This document shows positions 10,666-17,946 of a stretch of 40,919 nt of DNA, one piece after another. Numbering within the stretch: the first letter of the stretch is position 1; each line of letters starts with the position of its first letter. The DNA lies in contig JAQWMJ010000039.1 of the NCBI GenBank assembly GCA_029246845.1, forward strand, positions 1 through 40,919, in the 5' to 3' direction. A program made the translations under genes and the position numbers. The notes under the pieces are model-generated. The model saw only the letters and a list, made by a program, of their open reading frames with translations. It was not told the origin of the DNA and made no database searches. The stretch comes from Thermodesulfobacteriota bacterium (lineage in GTDB: Bacteria > Desulfobacterota_D > UBA1144).

Positions 10666-10885
10666 AGAAAATAGAAAAGAACTTTGGCTATTGATACAAG
10701 AGACTGGCGACAGGTTAAAAGATAAGCTTCCGACTAGTGATAATCATCCAAAAGGCAGAAATCCTTATGCACATATCCTGTTGATGATTAAACTTAAATT
10801 TAAACAATCCTACAAAGATATCCCCGACGATAGGAAGGAAATTTTAATTAAATTTATAAAATATGTAGAGGATAACCCTAGGTGA
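10658..10885 (+). CDS. Small hypothetical protein (HPKGRNPYAH motif)
   Basis: 75-aa ORF overlapping the hisE stop by 8 nt and filling the gap exactly up to the convergent gene. Composition is protein-like. Confidence 0.8.
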   Translation: MNEENRKELWLLIQETGDRLKDKLPTSDNHPKGRNPYAHILLMIKLKFKQSYKDIPDDRKEILIKFIKYVEDNPR

Positions 10886-10887
10886 GA

Positions 10888-11427
10888 CTATAACAACTTA
10901 GTTTTGGACTTATCCATATATTGATGCTTATATCTGTTATCGGCTTTAATATTAGCAGGTTGGTCTTTGGGCTCTATCATCTCGCTAAAATTAACTCTTC
11001 CCCTAATTTGCTCCGGCAAATCTGCTAGTCCAGGTGGCTTTGGGGCATCCGTGGAGAGATCAGAGGTGTAAGAGAAGGAAGATATTACTCTTTCAATCTC
11101 ACCTTTTTTACAGCAATTTGTTGAAATATTTTTTTCATCTTCTTCGTCAAATATTAATTCGGAGAACCTAAAGTTAGTAGCATAAAAAAGGACCATTTTC
11201 TTGCCTTCCTCTATGTATAAATCAATTTCAACATTATCTTCTTCTTTGACTCCTTCTGACTGAATCAATTTTTCAGATATTAAATCAACAATTTGGATTC
11301 CATTTAAATTTTTAAACTTTTTTATAACGCTTAATAAGGTTTTTTTATCATATTTTTTCTCAATTAACCTTAGAGCTTTCAATAGATTTTTTTTACAAGA
11401 TTTACATTCAAATTCATATAACGGCAT
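10888..11427 (-). CDS. FmdB-like zinc-ribbon protein with 74-aa internal segment (paralogue B)
   Basis: MPLYEFECKSC ... FRFSEL ... TNCC ... IERVISSF gives an FmdB-type N-terminus and second half separated by a long insert. Confidence 0.8.
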   Translation of the reverse strand: MPLYEFECKSCKKNLLKALRLIEKKYDKKTLLSVIKKFKNLNGIQIVDLISEKLIQSEGVKEEDNVEIDLYIEEGKKMVLFYATNFRFSELIFDEEDEKNISTNCCKKGEIERVISSFSYTSDLSTDAPKPPGLADLPEQIRGRVNFSEMIEPKDQPANIKADNRYKHQYMDKSKTKLL

Positions 11428-11435
11428 AACGTTCC

Positions 11436-11981
11436 CTATTCTGAACCATAAGAGCCATCATGTTGAGAGTTACCAAAATATTGGTCTAGATGGTCTTGTC
11501 CAACCCAGTTGGAAGCTTGTTCTTCATCCTTCATAACCTTGTAGTCCTTATGCCATTGTACAGGATCTCCTGGTGCAGGAGCTCTATCTTTTGCACCACC
11601 TCTTTTTTCAAAAATAGCTTTAAAAGGTGAAAAAATCCTGACTACATTTTTACATTTTTTATTTGAAGGACAGCAAACTGTCTCGGGTATCTCCTCATCT
11701 TGAAAATATAGCTCTGTAAATCTGAAATCTTTTAATTCCAAAAATAGATATTTATCATTACCCATTCGATATCTATATCTTTTAATACCTTTGTTACCTT
11801 CTTTGCCTAAAGAGAATAAAGTTTTTTCATTTTTAATCTTTTGGACTTCTATGTACAAAAAGTTTTGGTTTCTTTTCATAACCTTTTGTCCAGTCTCTTT
11901 ATCTAAAGACTTAGAAAGAAGAGTAATATCTTTGTTGTACTTCTTCATGCAATCTCTACATTCAAATTCATATAATGGCAT
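11436..11981 (-). CDS. FmdB-like zinc-ribbon protein with 74-aa internal segment (paralogue A)
   Basis: MPLYEFECRDC ... FRFTEL ... VCCPSNKKC ... VVRIFSPF. Confidence 0.8.
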   Translation of the reverse strand: MPLYEFECRDCMKKYNKDITLLSKSLDKETGQKVMKRNQNFLYIEVQKIKNEKTLFSLGKEGNKGIKRYRYRMGNDKYLFLELKDFRFTELYFQDEEIPETVCCPSNKKCKNVVRIFSPFKAIFEKRGGAKDRAPAPGDPVQWHKDYKVMKDEEQASNWVGQDHLDQYFGNSQHDGSYGSE

Positions 11982-12003
11982 ATCAATCTCGCTTTAAAAA
12001 TAT

Positions 12004-12019
12004 TTATAGTTTACTATAA
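12004..12019. promoter_or_regulatory. Inverted repeat TTATAGT-TT-ACTATAA containing -10-like hexamers on both strands
   Basis: 7-bp arms with a 2-nt spacer. Plus strand TACTAT (12012-12017) is 7 nt before ATG 12025. Minus strand TATAGT faces the zinc-ribbon genes. Confidence 0.45.
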
Positions 12020-12024
12020 CGGAT

Positions 12025-12834
12025 ATGAGTAAATTTGTTAAATATGAAGATGTAAAGAACACACGAATTATTACCTTTGATAGGCCAGAAAAAAAGAACG
12101 CTTTCAACGAAGAAATGCTCCTGAGAATGTCAGAAATTATTCAAGATGCTGAAAAAATCCTTGAAATAAGGACAATAATAATAACTTCTAAAGGAGACAA
12201 GGTGTTTTCTTCTGGATATGATATCTCTTCTGAGAGTATAGATTCCAAGGAATCACTTTTAAAAATTCATATTATAGAGAATGATTCAGAAAAACACCCA
12301 TTAATGAAGATTTCTGAGGTAATTGTTGAAAGTCCAAAAATTATAATAGCAGCAATAAACGGGAGTATTTTTGGTGGGGCCCTTGAGATAATGTTAAATT
12401 GTGATTTTAAATTTTTCTCTAAAGAAAGTATATTTTGTATGCCACCTGTAAAACTTGGTATTTTTTATAATTATTATGGCTTAAAAAACTTCATAAATAA
12501 GATAGGAGTGTCAAATACTAGAAAAATTTTCTTTACAGGTGATAAGTATTCATCTGATGACGCTATGGATATGGAGATATTTGATTTCATATATGAACAA
12601 AAGGATATTTTAAAGAAATCTTTAGAATTTTCTGAAAAAATTTCCCTTAATGCTCCATTATCTCTTGCTTCAATAAAAAAATCTATAAACACTTTTGAAA
12701 GTAGTCAAAGTATCAATCCTACTGATTATAAAAAAATAAAAGAAACAATCTTACGAGCAGCAAATAGTTCTGATTACTTGGAGGCTCAAAATGCATTTAA
12801 GGAAAAAAGGTCTCCTAACTTTTCGGGTAAATAG
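12025..12834 (+). CDS. Crotonase-superfamily protein, ScpB/YgfG (methylmalonyl-CoA decarboxylase)-like subgroup
   Basis: DRPEKKNA, VFSSGYDI, GSIFGGALE, MPPVKLGIFY, NAPLS and AFKEKRSPNFSGK motifs. The second hydratase Glu is absent. Confidence 0.85.
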   Translation: MSKFVKYEDVKNTRIITFDRPEKKNAFNEEMLLRMSEIIQDAEKILEIRTIIITSKGDKVFSSGYDISSESIDSKESLLKIHIIENDSEKHPLMKISEVIVESPKIIIAAINGSIFGGALEIMLNCDFKFFSKESIFCMPPVKLGIFYNYYGLKNFINKIGVSNTRKIFFTGDKYSSDDAMDMEIFDFIYEQKDILKKSLEFSEKISLNAPLSLASIKKSINTFESSQSINPTDYKKIKETILRAANSSDYLEAQNAFKEKRSPNFSGK

Positions 12835-13716
12835 CTAAATACTTGAATAATTGAAAGCTTTTTCTTTCGTCTTTAACCATGTACTGTCAATTTTAACTCT
12901 AAGGTCCAAAAAAACCTTACAAGAAAGAAAATTTTCTATATCCGCTCTACTCTCTATACCAATTTTCTTAATCATTGAACCATTCTTTCCAATAATAATC
13001 TGTTTATGATGTGTATTCTCAACTATGATATAAGCCTGAATAGATGAAACCCTTTTTTTGTCAATTATGTCTTCGATCACAACAGCTGTCCTATATGGTA
13101 CCTCTTGATAAAAAGTGTTAAAAATCTTCTCTCTTATTATCTCGGAAATATAAAATTTTTCGGGTTGATCTGTTGTAACATCATCAGGCAAGATCTTATC
13201 GGCAACAGGTAAGATTCTTTTAAATTCTTTTATCAATATATCTAATCCTTCCTCCTCTAATGCACTTATAGGTATGAAAGAATCTACTGTAGGAAAAATG
13301 TCTTTAAGAATGTTTACGATGTTTAATATTTTACTTTTCTTAACTAAATCAATCTTATTAATTGCAATAATAGGTTTTTTATCCACTATTTTAGATGCTA
13401 TTTCATCTGTATTAAAAGTTGAACGCTTTGTACAGTCAACTATAACAAGAACTATGTCAGATTCTCCAATAGCTTGATAAGAAGACTGAACCATTATTCT
13501 GTTTAAAAATTTACTAGATTTTTGTATACCAGGAGTATCTAAAAAGATAATCTGACTGTCATTGGAATTACACACACCCAATATCTTATTTCTTGTTGTG
13601 TTAGGCTTATCAGAAACAGCAGAAATCTTACTACCAGTTAGGGCATTGATTAACGTAGATTTACCAGTATTTGGCTTTCCGATTATAGAGACTGTGCCAC
13701 ATTTAAATTCTTTCAT
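12835..13716 (-). CDS. era: GTPase Era
   Basis: GKPNTGKST, TTR, DTPG and NKID motifs, EIIREKI...QEVPY, and KH domain IIGKNGSMIKKIG. Confidence 0.97.
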   Translation of the reverse strand: MKEFKCGTVSIIGKPNTGKSTLINALTGSKISAVSDKPNTTRNKILGVCNSNDSQIIFLDTPGIQKSSKFLNRIMVQSSYQAIGESDIVLVIVDCTKRSTFNTDEIASKIVDKKPIIAINKIDLVKKSKILNIVNILKDIFPTVDSFIPISALEEEGLDILIKEFKRILPVADKILPDDVTTDQPEKFYISEIIREKIFNTFYQEVPYRTAVVIEDIIDKKRVSSIQAYIIVENTHHKQIIIGKNGSMIKKIGIESRADIENFLSCKVFLDLRVKIDSTWLKTKEKAFNYSSI

Positions 13717-13728
13717 TTAACTGTTTTG

Positions 13729-13756
13729 ATTATACTCTTCTTGTGATGTTTAACAA
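13729..13756 (-). promoter_or_regulatory. Putative era promoter
   Basis: TTGTTA, 16 nt spacer, TATAAT, located 12 nt before the era ATG. Confidence 0.5.
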
Positions 13757-13769
13757 ATGGAGTTAAGAT
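13741..13769 (+). promoter_or_regulatory. Putative aspS promoter
   Basis: TTGTGA, 17 nt spacer, TAAGAT, located 12 nt before the aspS ATG. Overlaps the divergent era promoter. Confidence 0.45.
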
Positions 13770-13781
13770 TAATTTCCAATA

Positions 13782-15542
13782 ATGAAAACTAGTTTCAGAA
13801 CTGATTATTGTGCAACTTTTAATGATACCTTTGAAGGTAATTCTATTACAATTTCTGGTTGGTGCTCTTCTATTAGAGACCATGGAGGTGTCATATTTAT
13901 TGACCTGCGAGACAAGTCGGGAATAATTCAAATCGTCTCAGATCCAAACAATTCTCCAGAGGTGCACAAAACAATAGAAACAATAAGAAATGAATATGTA
14001 ATACAAATTTCAGGTACTGTTCGTTTGAGGACCGAAGGAACCATTAATGAGAACCTTCAAACAGGTAAAATTGAGGTCTTAATAAATTCAGTCGAAGTTC
14101 TTAACTCCTCAGTCCCTCTTCCTTTTCAAATTGAAGAAGAAATAAATGCAGATGAAAACGTTAGGTTGAAGTATAGATATCTGGATTTAAGAAGGCCAAA
14201 TATTAGTAACAACTTCATTTTAAAAAGTAAGACAATGATGATAACCAGAAACTTTTTTGATCAAAAGGGTTTTATAGATATTGAGACTCCTTACCTAACT
14301 AAATCAAGCCCAGAAGGAGCTCGTGACTATCTAGTTCCTAGTCGTGTTCATCAGAGTTCTTTTTTTGCACTACCACAATCACCTCAAATCTTAAAACAAA
14401 TTTTAATGACTTCAGGTTTTGACAGATATTATCAAATCGTTAGATGCTTTAGAGATGAGGATTTGAGAGCAGATAGACAACCTGAATTTACCCAAATTGA
14501 TATGGAAATGTCATTCGTTAACGAAGATGATGTAATAGAGATTGTAGAAGAGCTACTAATAAAAATATTTAAGGAAATTAAAGCAATTTCATTAAACCCT
14601 GGTTTTAATAGGATTTCATACAAAGAAAGTATGAATAGGTTCGGAAATGACAGACCTGATCTTAGATTTGGTCTTGAGCATCAAACAATTACAAATATTT
14701 TTAAAAATACAGAGTTTAAAGTTTTTAAGGGAGTTGTAGAAAGTAAAGGTATTATAAAATGTATCAAAGTAGAAAATGCCACTATGACAAGAAAAAATAT
14801 TGATGAATTGACTACTTACGCTCAAGAACATGGAGCAAAAGGCTTAGCTTGGATTAAGGTCTTAGATTCAGAACTTCAATCACCTATATTAAAATTCTTC
14901 ACAGAAGAGGAAATAGGCTCCCTTAAGAATCAACTCAAATTGAAGGTGGGTGATATTGTTTTCTTTGGAGCTGGTGACGAAGAAGTAGTAAACAATTATA
15001 TGTCTGCTGTTAGGAATAAGCTAGGTAAAGATTTAGGTTTAATAAAACCAAACTCTTATGAATTTGTATGGATAACAGACTTCCCGTTATTTCTAAAAAT
15101 TGATGATAAGGTTACTTCAACTCATCATCCATTTACAATGCCCAAGAATGAATCTATTGAAGAAAAGGATTTGACTACTTTAGAATCTAAAGCTTACGAT
15201 ATAGTTCTTAATGGAACTGAGATTGGCGGTGGGAGCATTAGAATTCACAAGAAAGATCTCCAGGAAAAAGTTCTCCAACTTTTAGGTATATCTAGAGATG
15301 AATATGAGGAAAATTTTGGCTATTTGTTAAAGGCACTGGAGTCTGGAACTCCTCCACATGGTGGCCTAGCAATTGGATTAGATAGATTGATGATGTATTT
15401 AACTGATTCTCCATCAATTAGAGACATTATAGCCTTCCCTAAAACACAAAAGGCTTCTTGTCTCCTAACGGAAGCACCTTCCAAGGTTTTTTCTGACAAA
15501 CAACTTACTGAATTGGGAATTAAGTTAATAGAAGAAGATTGA
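13782..15542 (+). CDS. aspS: Aspartate--tRNA ligase, probably non-discriminating (Asp/Asn)
   Basis: [45 protein letters not shown] insert and [12 protein letters not shown] motifs. Confidence 0.98.
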   Translation: MKTSFRTDYCATFNDTFEGNSITISGWCSSIRDHGGVIFIDLRDKSGIIQIVSDPNNSPEVHKTIETIRNEYVIQISGTVRLRTEGTINENLQTGKIEVLINSVEVLNSSVPLPFQIEEEINADENVRLKYRYLDLRRPNISNNFILKSKTMMITRNFFDQKGFIDIETPYLTKSSPEGARDYLVPSRVHQSSFFALPQSPQILKQILMTSGFDRYYQIVRCFRDEDLRADRQPEFTQIDMEMSFVNEDDVIEIVEELLIKIFKEIKAISLNPGFNRISYKESMNRFGNDRPDLRFGLEHQTITNIFKNTEFKVFKGVVESKGIIKCIKVENATMTRKNIDELTTYAQEHGAKGLAWIKVLDSELQSPILKFFTEEEIGSLKNQLKLKVGDIVFFGAGDEEVVNNYMSAVRNKLGKDLGLIKPNSYEFVWITDFPLFLKIDDKVTSTHHPFTMPKNESIEEKDLTTLESKAYDIVLNGTEIGGGSIRIHKKDLQEKVLQLLGISRDEYEENFGYLLKALESGTPPHGGLAIGLDRLMMYLTDSPSIRDIIAFPKTQKASCLLTEAPSKVFSDKQLTELGIKLIEED

Positions 15543-15543
15543 T

Positions 15544-16821
15544 TTAGGTATATCTTCCATAAGCCTTACCGTTCTCAACTTTATCAATTACTAAATCTAA
15601 CAATTGGCCTGGTTTTGCTAGCCGTCCATGTTCGATCTTGACATCAATGTAATTTCTAGTTCGAGCATGATTATTCTTCTCCGCAATGGCTGAGAGTTTT
15701 TTACCAATGAACGTGGAATAAAAATTTGACTTCTTTTTTTCACCGAGCTCACGTAAAGCTTTAGATCTTTGTTTCTTTAATTCAATAGTAACTTTATCAT
15801 TCCTAGCTGAAGCTTTAGTACCACGTCTATCTGAATAAGGAAACACGTGCAGATAATCTAGTTGGGAATCTTTAATGTAACTATAAGTTTCATTAAATAA
15901 ATCCTGAGTTTCACCTGGGAACCCGGCTATAACATCAGTACCAATACAAGAAAGTTTCACATTGTCCTTTATTAAACTTAAGATATTGCTAAATCTTTCA
16001 ATTTTATATCTTCTTTTCATTAATTTTAAGATATCAGGTGATCCACTTTGAAGTGATATATGAAATGAAGGGCATACTTTTTTAGACTCAGAGAAAAAAT
16101 AAATTAATTCTTCGTTAGTATCTGCAGGGTCTATGGAGCTGAGTCTTATATTTGGGATATCCACCCTATTCTCAATTTCTTTAAGAAGTTGTAATAAACT
16201 TGAACCAATATCCAAACCATAGCTTGAAAGATGAATTCCAGAAAGAACAACTTCATTATAGCCTAACCGTGATAGCTCATTTATCTTCTCGATTATAGAA
16301 TCAACCCTCATACTTCTCGACTTACCCCTAGCAAAAGGAATAATACAAAAAGAGCATCTAAAACTGCAACCATCTTGGACAGATAAGAAAGCTCTAGATC
16401 TATTCTCCTTTTGACTGATTTTAAAGTCATCAAATTTTTCAATATCAAAAATATCTGAAATTATTTTCTTTTTAACTATGGGTGAGGATAAGACTTTAGG
16501 AATTAAATACTTATTAGCATTATCTACTATAAAATCTACTTCCTTTATTAATTCTAAAGATTCAGGATTCGTTTGCGCAAGACATCCTGTTACTAAAATC
16601 TTACAATTAGGATTATTTTTTTTTAATCTTTTAATATCTTTGATAATTTGAGAATCTGAATTATTTGTTACAGTACAAGTGTTAACAATGCACATATCAG
16701 ATGACTTGGTATCATCTATTATTGTAAATCTATTTGAAAGTGATGCTACAATTCTATCTGTATCGAACTGATTGACCTTACATCCATAAGTAAGAAAACT
16801 AATTCTCTCTACAGACTTCAT
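15544..16821 (-). CDS. mtaB: tRNA t6A37 methylthiotransferase (radical SAM)
   Basis: GCKVNQFDT, NTCTVT, TGCLAQ, CSFRCSFC and LHVFPYS motifs. Start moved to MKSVER at 16821 (GGAGG upstream), overlapping the mnmA end by 23 nt. Confidence 0.9.
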   Translation of the reverse strand: MKSVERISFLTYGCKVNQFDTDRIVASLSNRFTIIDDTKSSDMCIVNTCTVTNNSDSQIIKDIKRLKKNNPNCKILVTGCLAQTNPESLELIKEVDFIVDNANKYLIPKVLSSPIVKKKIISDIFDIEKFDDFKISQKENRSRAFLSVQDGCSFRCSFCIIPFARGKSRSMRVDSIIEKINELSRLGYNEVVLSGIHLSSYGLDIGSSLLQLLKEIENRVDIPNIRLSSIDPADTNEELIYFFSESKKVCPSFHISLQSGSPDILKLMKRRYKIERFSNILSLIKDNVKLSCIGTDVIAGFPGETQDLFNETYSYIKDSQLDYLHVFPYSDRRGTKASARNDKVTIELKKQRSKALRELGEKKKSNFYSTFIGKKLSAIAEKNNHARTRNYIDVKIEHGRLAKPGQLLDLVIDKVENGKAYGRYT

Positions 16822-17872
16822 CGATCCATCCTCCTCCAAGAACTTTGTCTTCATGATAAAAGACTATTGCTTGACCAGGAGTAATTGATCGTTGAGCTTC
16901 GTCAAACAAAACGTGGAGCCTATCATCTATGAATCTTATACTAGCCTTAGATTCAGGACTTCTGTATCTAATTTTAGCCTCAATCTTCTTCTCTAATAAC
17001 TGACTTGGATCAACAGTCCAATTAAGATTGTTTGCGAACAAGACTTTTGAATACAGGTCATCTTTGTCCCCCACTATCACATCATTATTTTCAAAATTTA
17101 TACTTACTACATACATTGGCTTTAAAGAATTTATCCCCAATTTCTTTCTCTGACCAATAGTAAAATTATGTATCCCTGAGTGAGTACCAAGAACTTCCCC
17201 ATTTAGCGACTTAATCTCACCAAGTTTAGCACTAAAGCCAGGTAAGTTTTTTTCAACAAAACCTCTATAGTCTTTAGCAATAAAACAAACATCCTGACTA
17301 TCTTTTTTGGTAGCAACACTTAACTCAAAACCTTCTGACATTTCTCTAACTTCTTTTTTGGTTAAGGCACCCAAGGGAAACATTAGTCTAGAAAGCTCTT
17401 TTTGACTTAGAGTAAAAAGAAAATATGACTGATCTTTAAATTTATCCTTTCCTTTTTCAAGAAAAAAGATACCTTCATTATTCTTGGAAATCTTTGCATA
17501 ATGACCTGTTGCTAAAAAGTCAGCTCCCATTTCCAATGATTTGTTTAGTAAAAAATTAAATTTCATGTGTTCATTGCACATTATGCAAGGATTAGGTGTT
17601 TGCCCACAGTAATATTTATCGATGAAGTCTTTTACAACATATTTTTGAAAATCTTCTTTGTAGTCAACAACTGTATGCTTAATTCCAATCTGGTTTGCGG
17701 CCTGTCTTGCATCAAAAACATCGCTAAGAGAGCAGCAGCCAGATTCCTCATCGGCATAGTCCCAAAGTTGCATAGTTATGCCTGAAACATCATACCCCTG
17801 TTCTTTTAATAAAGCCGCTGTAGTTGAACTGTCAACTCCTCCACTCATTGCAACTATTACTTTTTTTTTCAT
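16799..17872 (-). CDS. mnmA: tRNA 2-thiouridylase
   Basis: AMSGGVDS, PNPCIMCN, ATGHYA, KDQSYFL, SQDVCF, TIGQRK and TPGQ motifs. Start is 17872 or 17878. Confidence 0.97.
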   Translation of the reverse strand: MKKKVIVAMSGGVDSSTTAALLKEQGYDVSGITMQLWDYADEESGCCSLSDVFDARQAANQIGIKHTVVDYKEDFQKYVVKDFIDKYYCGQTPNPCIMCNEHMKFNFLLNKSLEMGADFLATGHYAKISKNNEGIFFLEKGKDKFKDQSYFLFTLSQKELSRLMFPLGALTKKEVREMSEGFELSVATKKDSQDVCFIAKDYRGFVEKNLPGFSAKLGEIKSLNGEVLGTHSGIHNFTIGQRKKLGINSLKPMYVVSINFENNDVIVGDKDDLYSKVLFANNLNWTVDPSQLLEKKIEAKIRYRSPESKASIRFIDDRLHVLFDEAQRSITPGQAIVFYHEDKVLGGGWIDEVCREN

Positions 17873-17879
17873 CTCCATT

Positions 17880-17888
17880 ACTTTACCA
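17880..17888 (-). promoter_or_regulatory. Putative extended -10 (TGG-TAAAGT), leaderless-type mnmA promoter
   Basis: Hexamer is 7 nt before the ATG at 17872 (MKKKVIVAMSGG). Confidence 0.5.
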
Positions 17889-17946
17889 GAATCAGTTTGA
17901 AAATCTAAAGTGAATTAATAAAATTCATTATGTATTATAAGAATCT

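Noticed and set aside
11173..11948. Idea that the 74-aa inserts are inteins or introns
   Set aside because: They are in frame and short, and they lack intein terminal motifs (no C-terminal His-Asn followed by Cys/Ser/Thr) or any intron-like structure.
11403..11982. 26-nt direct repeat (25/26 identical; 11403-11428 and 11957-11982) at the 5' ends of the two zinc-ribbon genes
   Set aside because: Explained by the identical MPLYEFEC peptide written in AT-preferred codons. No evidence for a recombination site, gene conversion or a diversity-generating element.
16822..16854. Longer mtaB start giving a 56-nt overlap with mnmA
   Set aside because: ATG 16821 has GGAGG upstream and matches the usual MtaB N-terminus.
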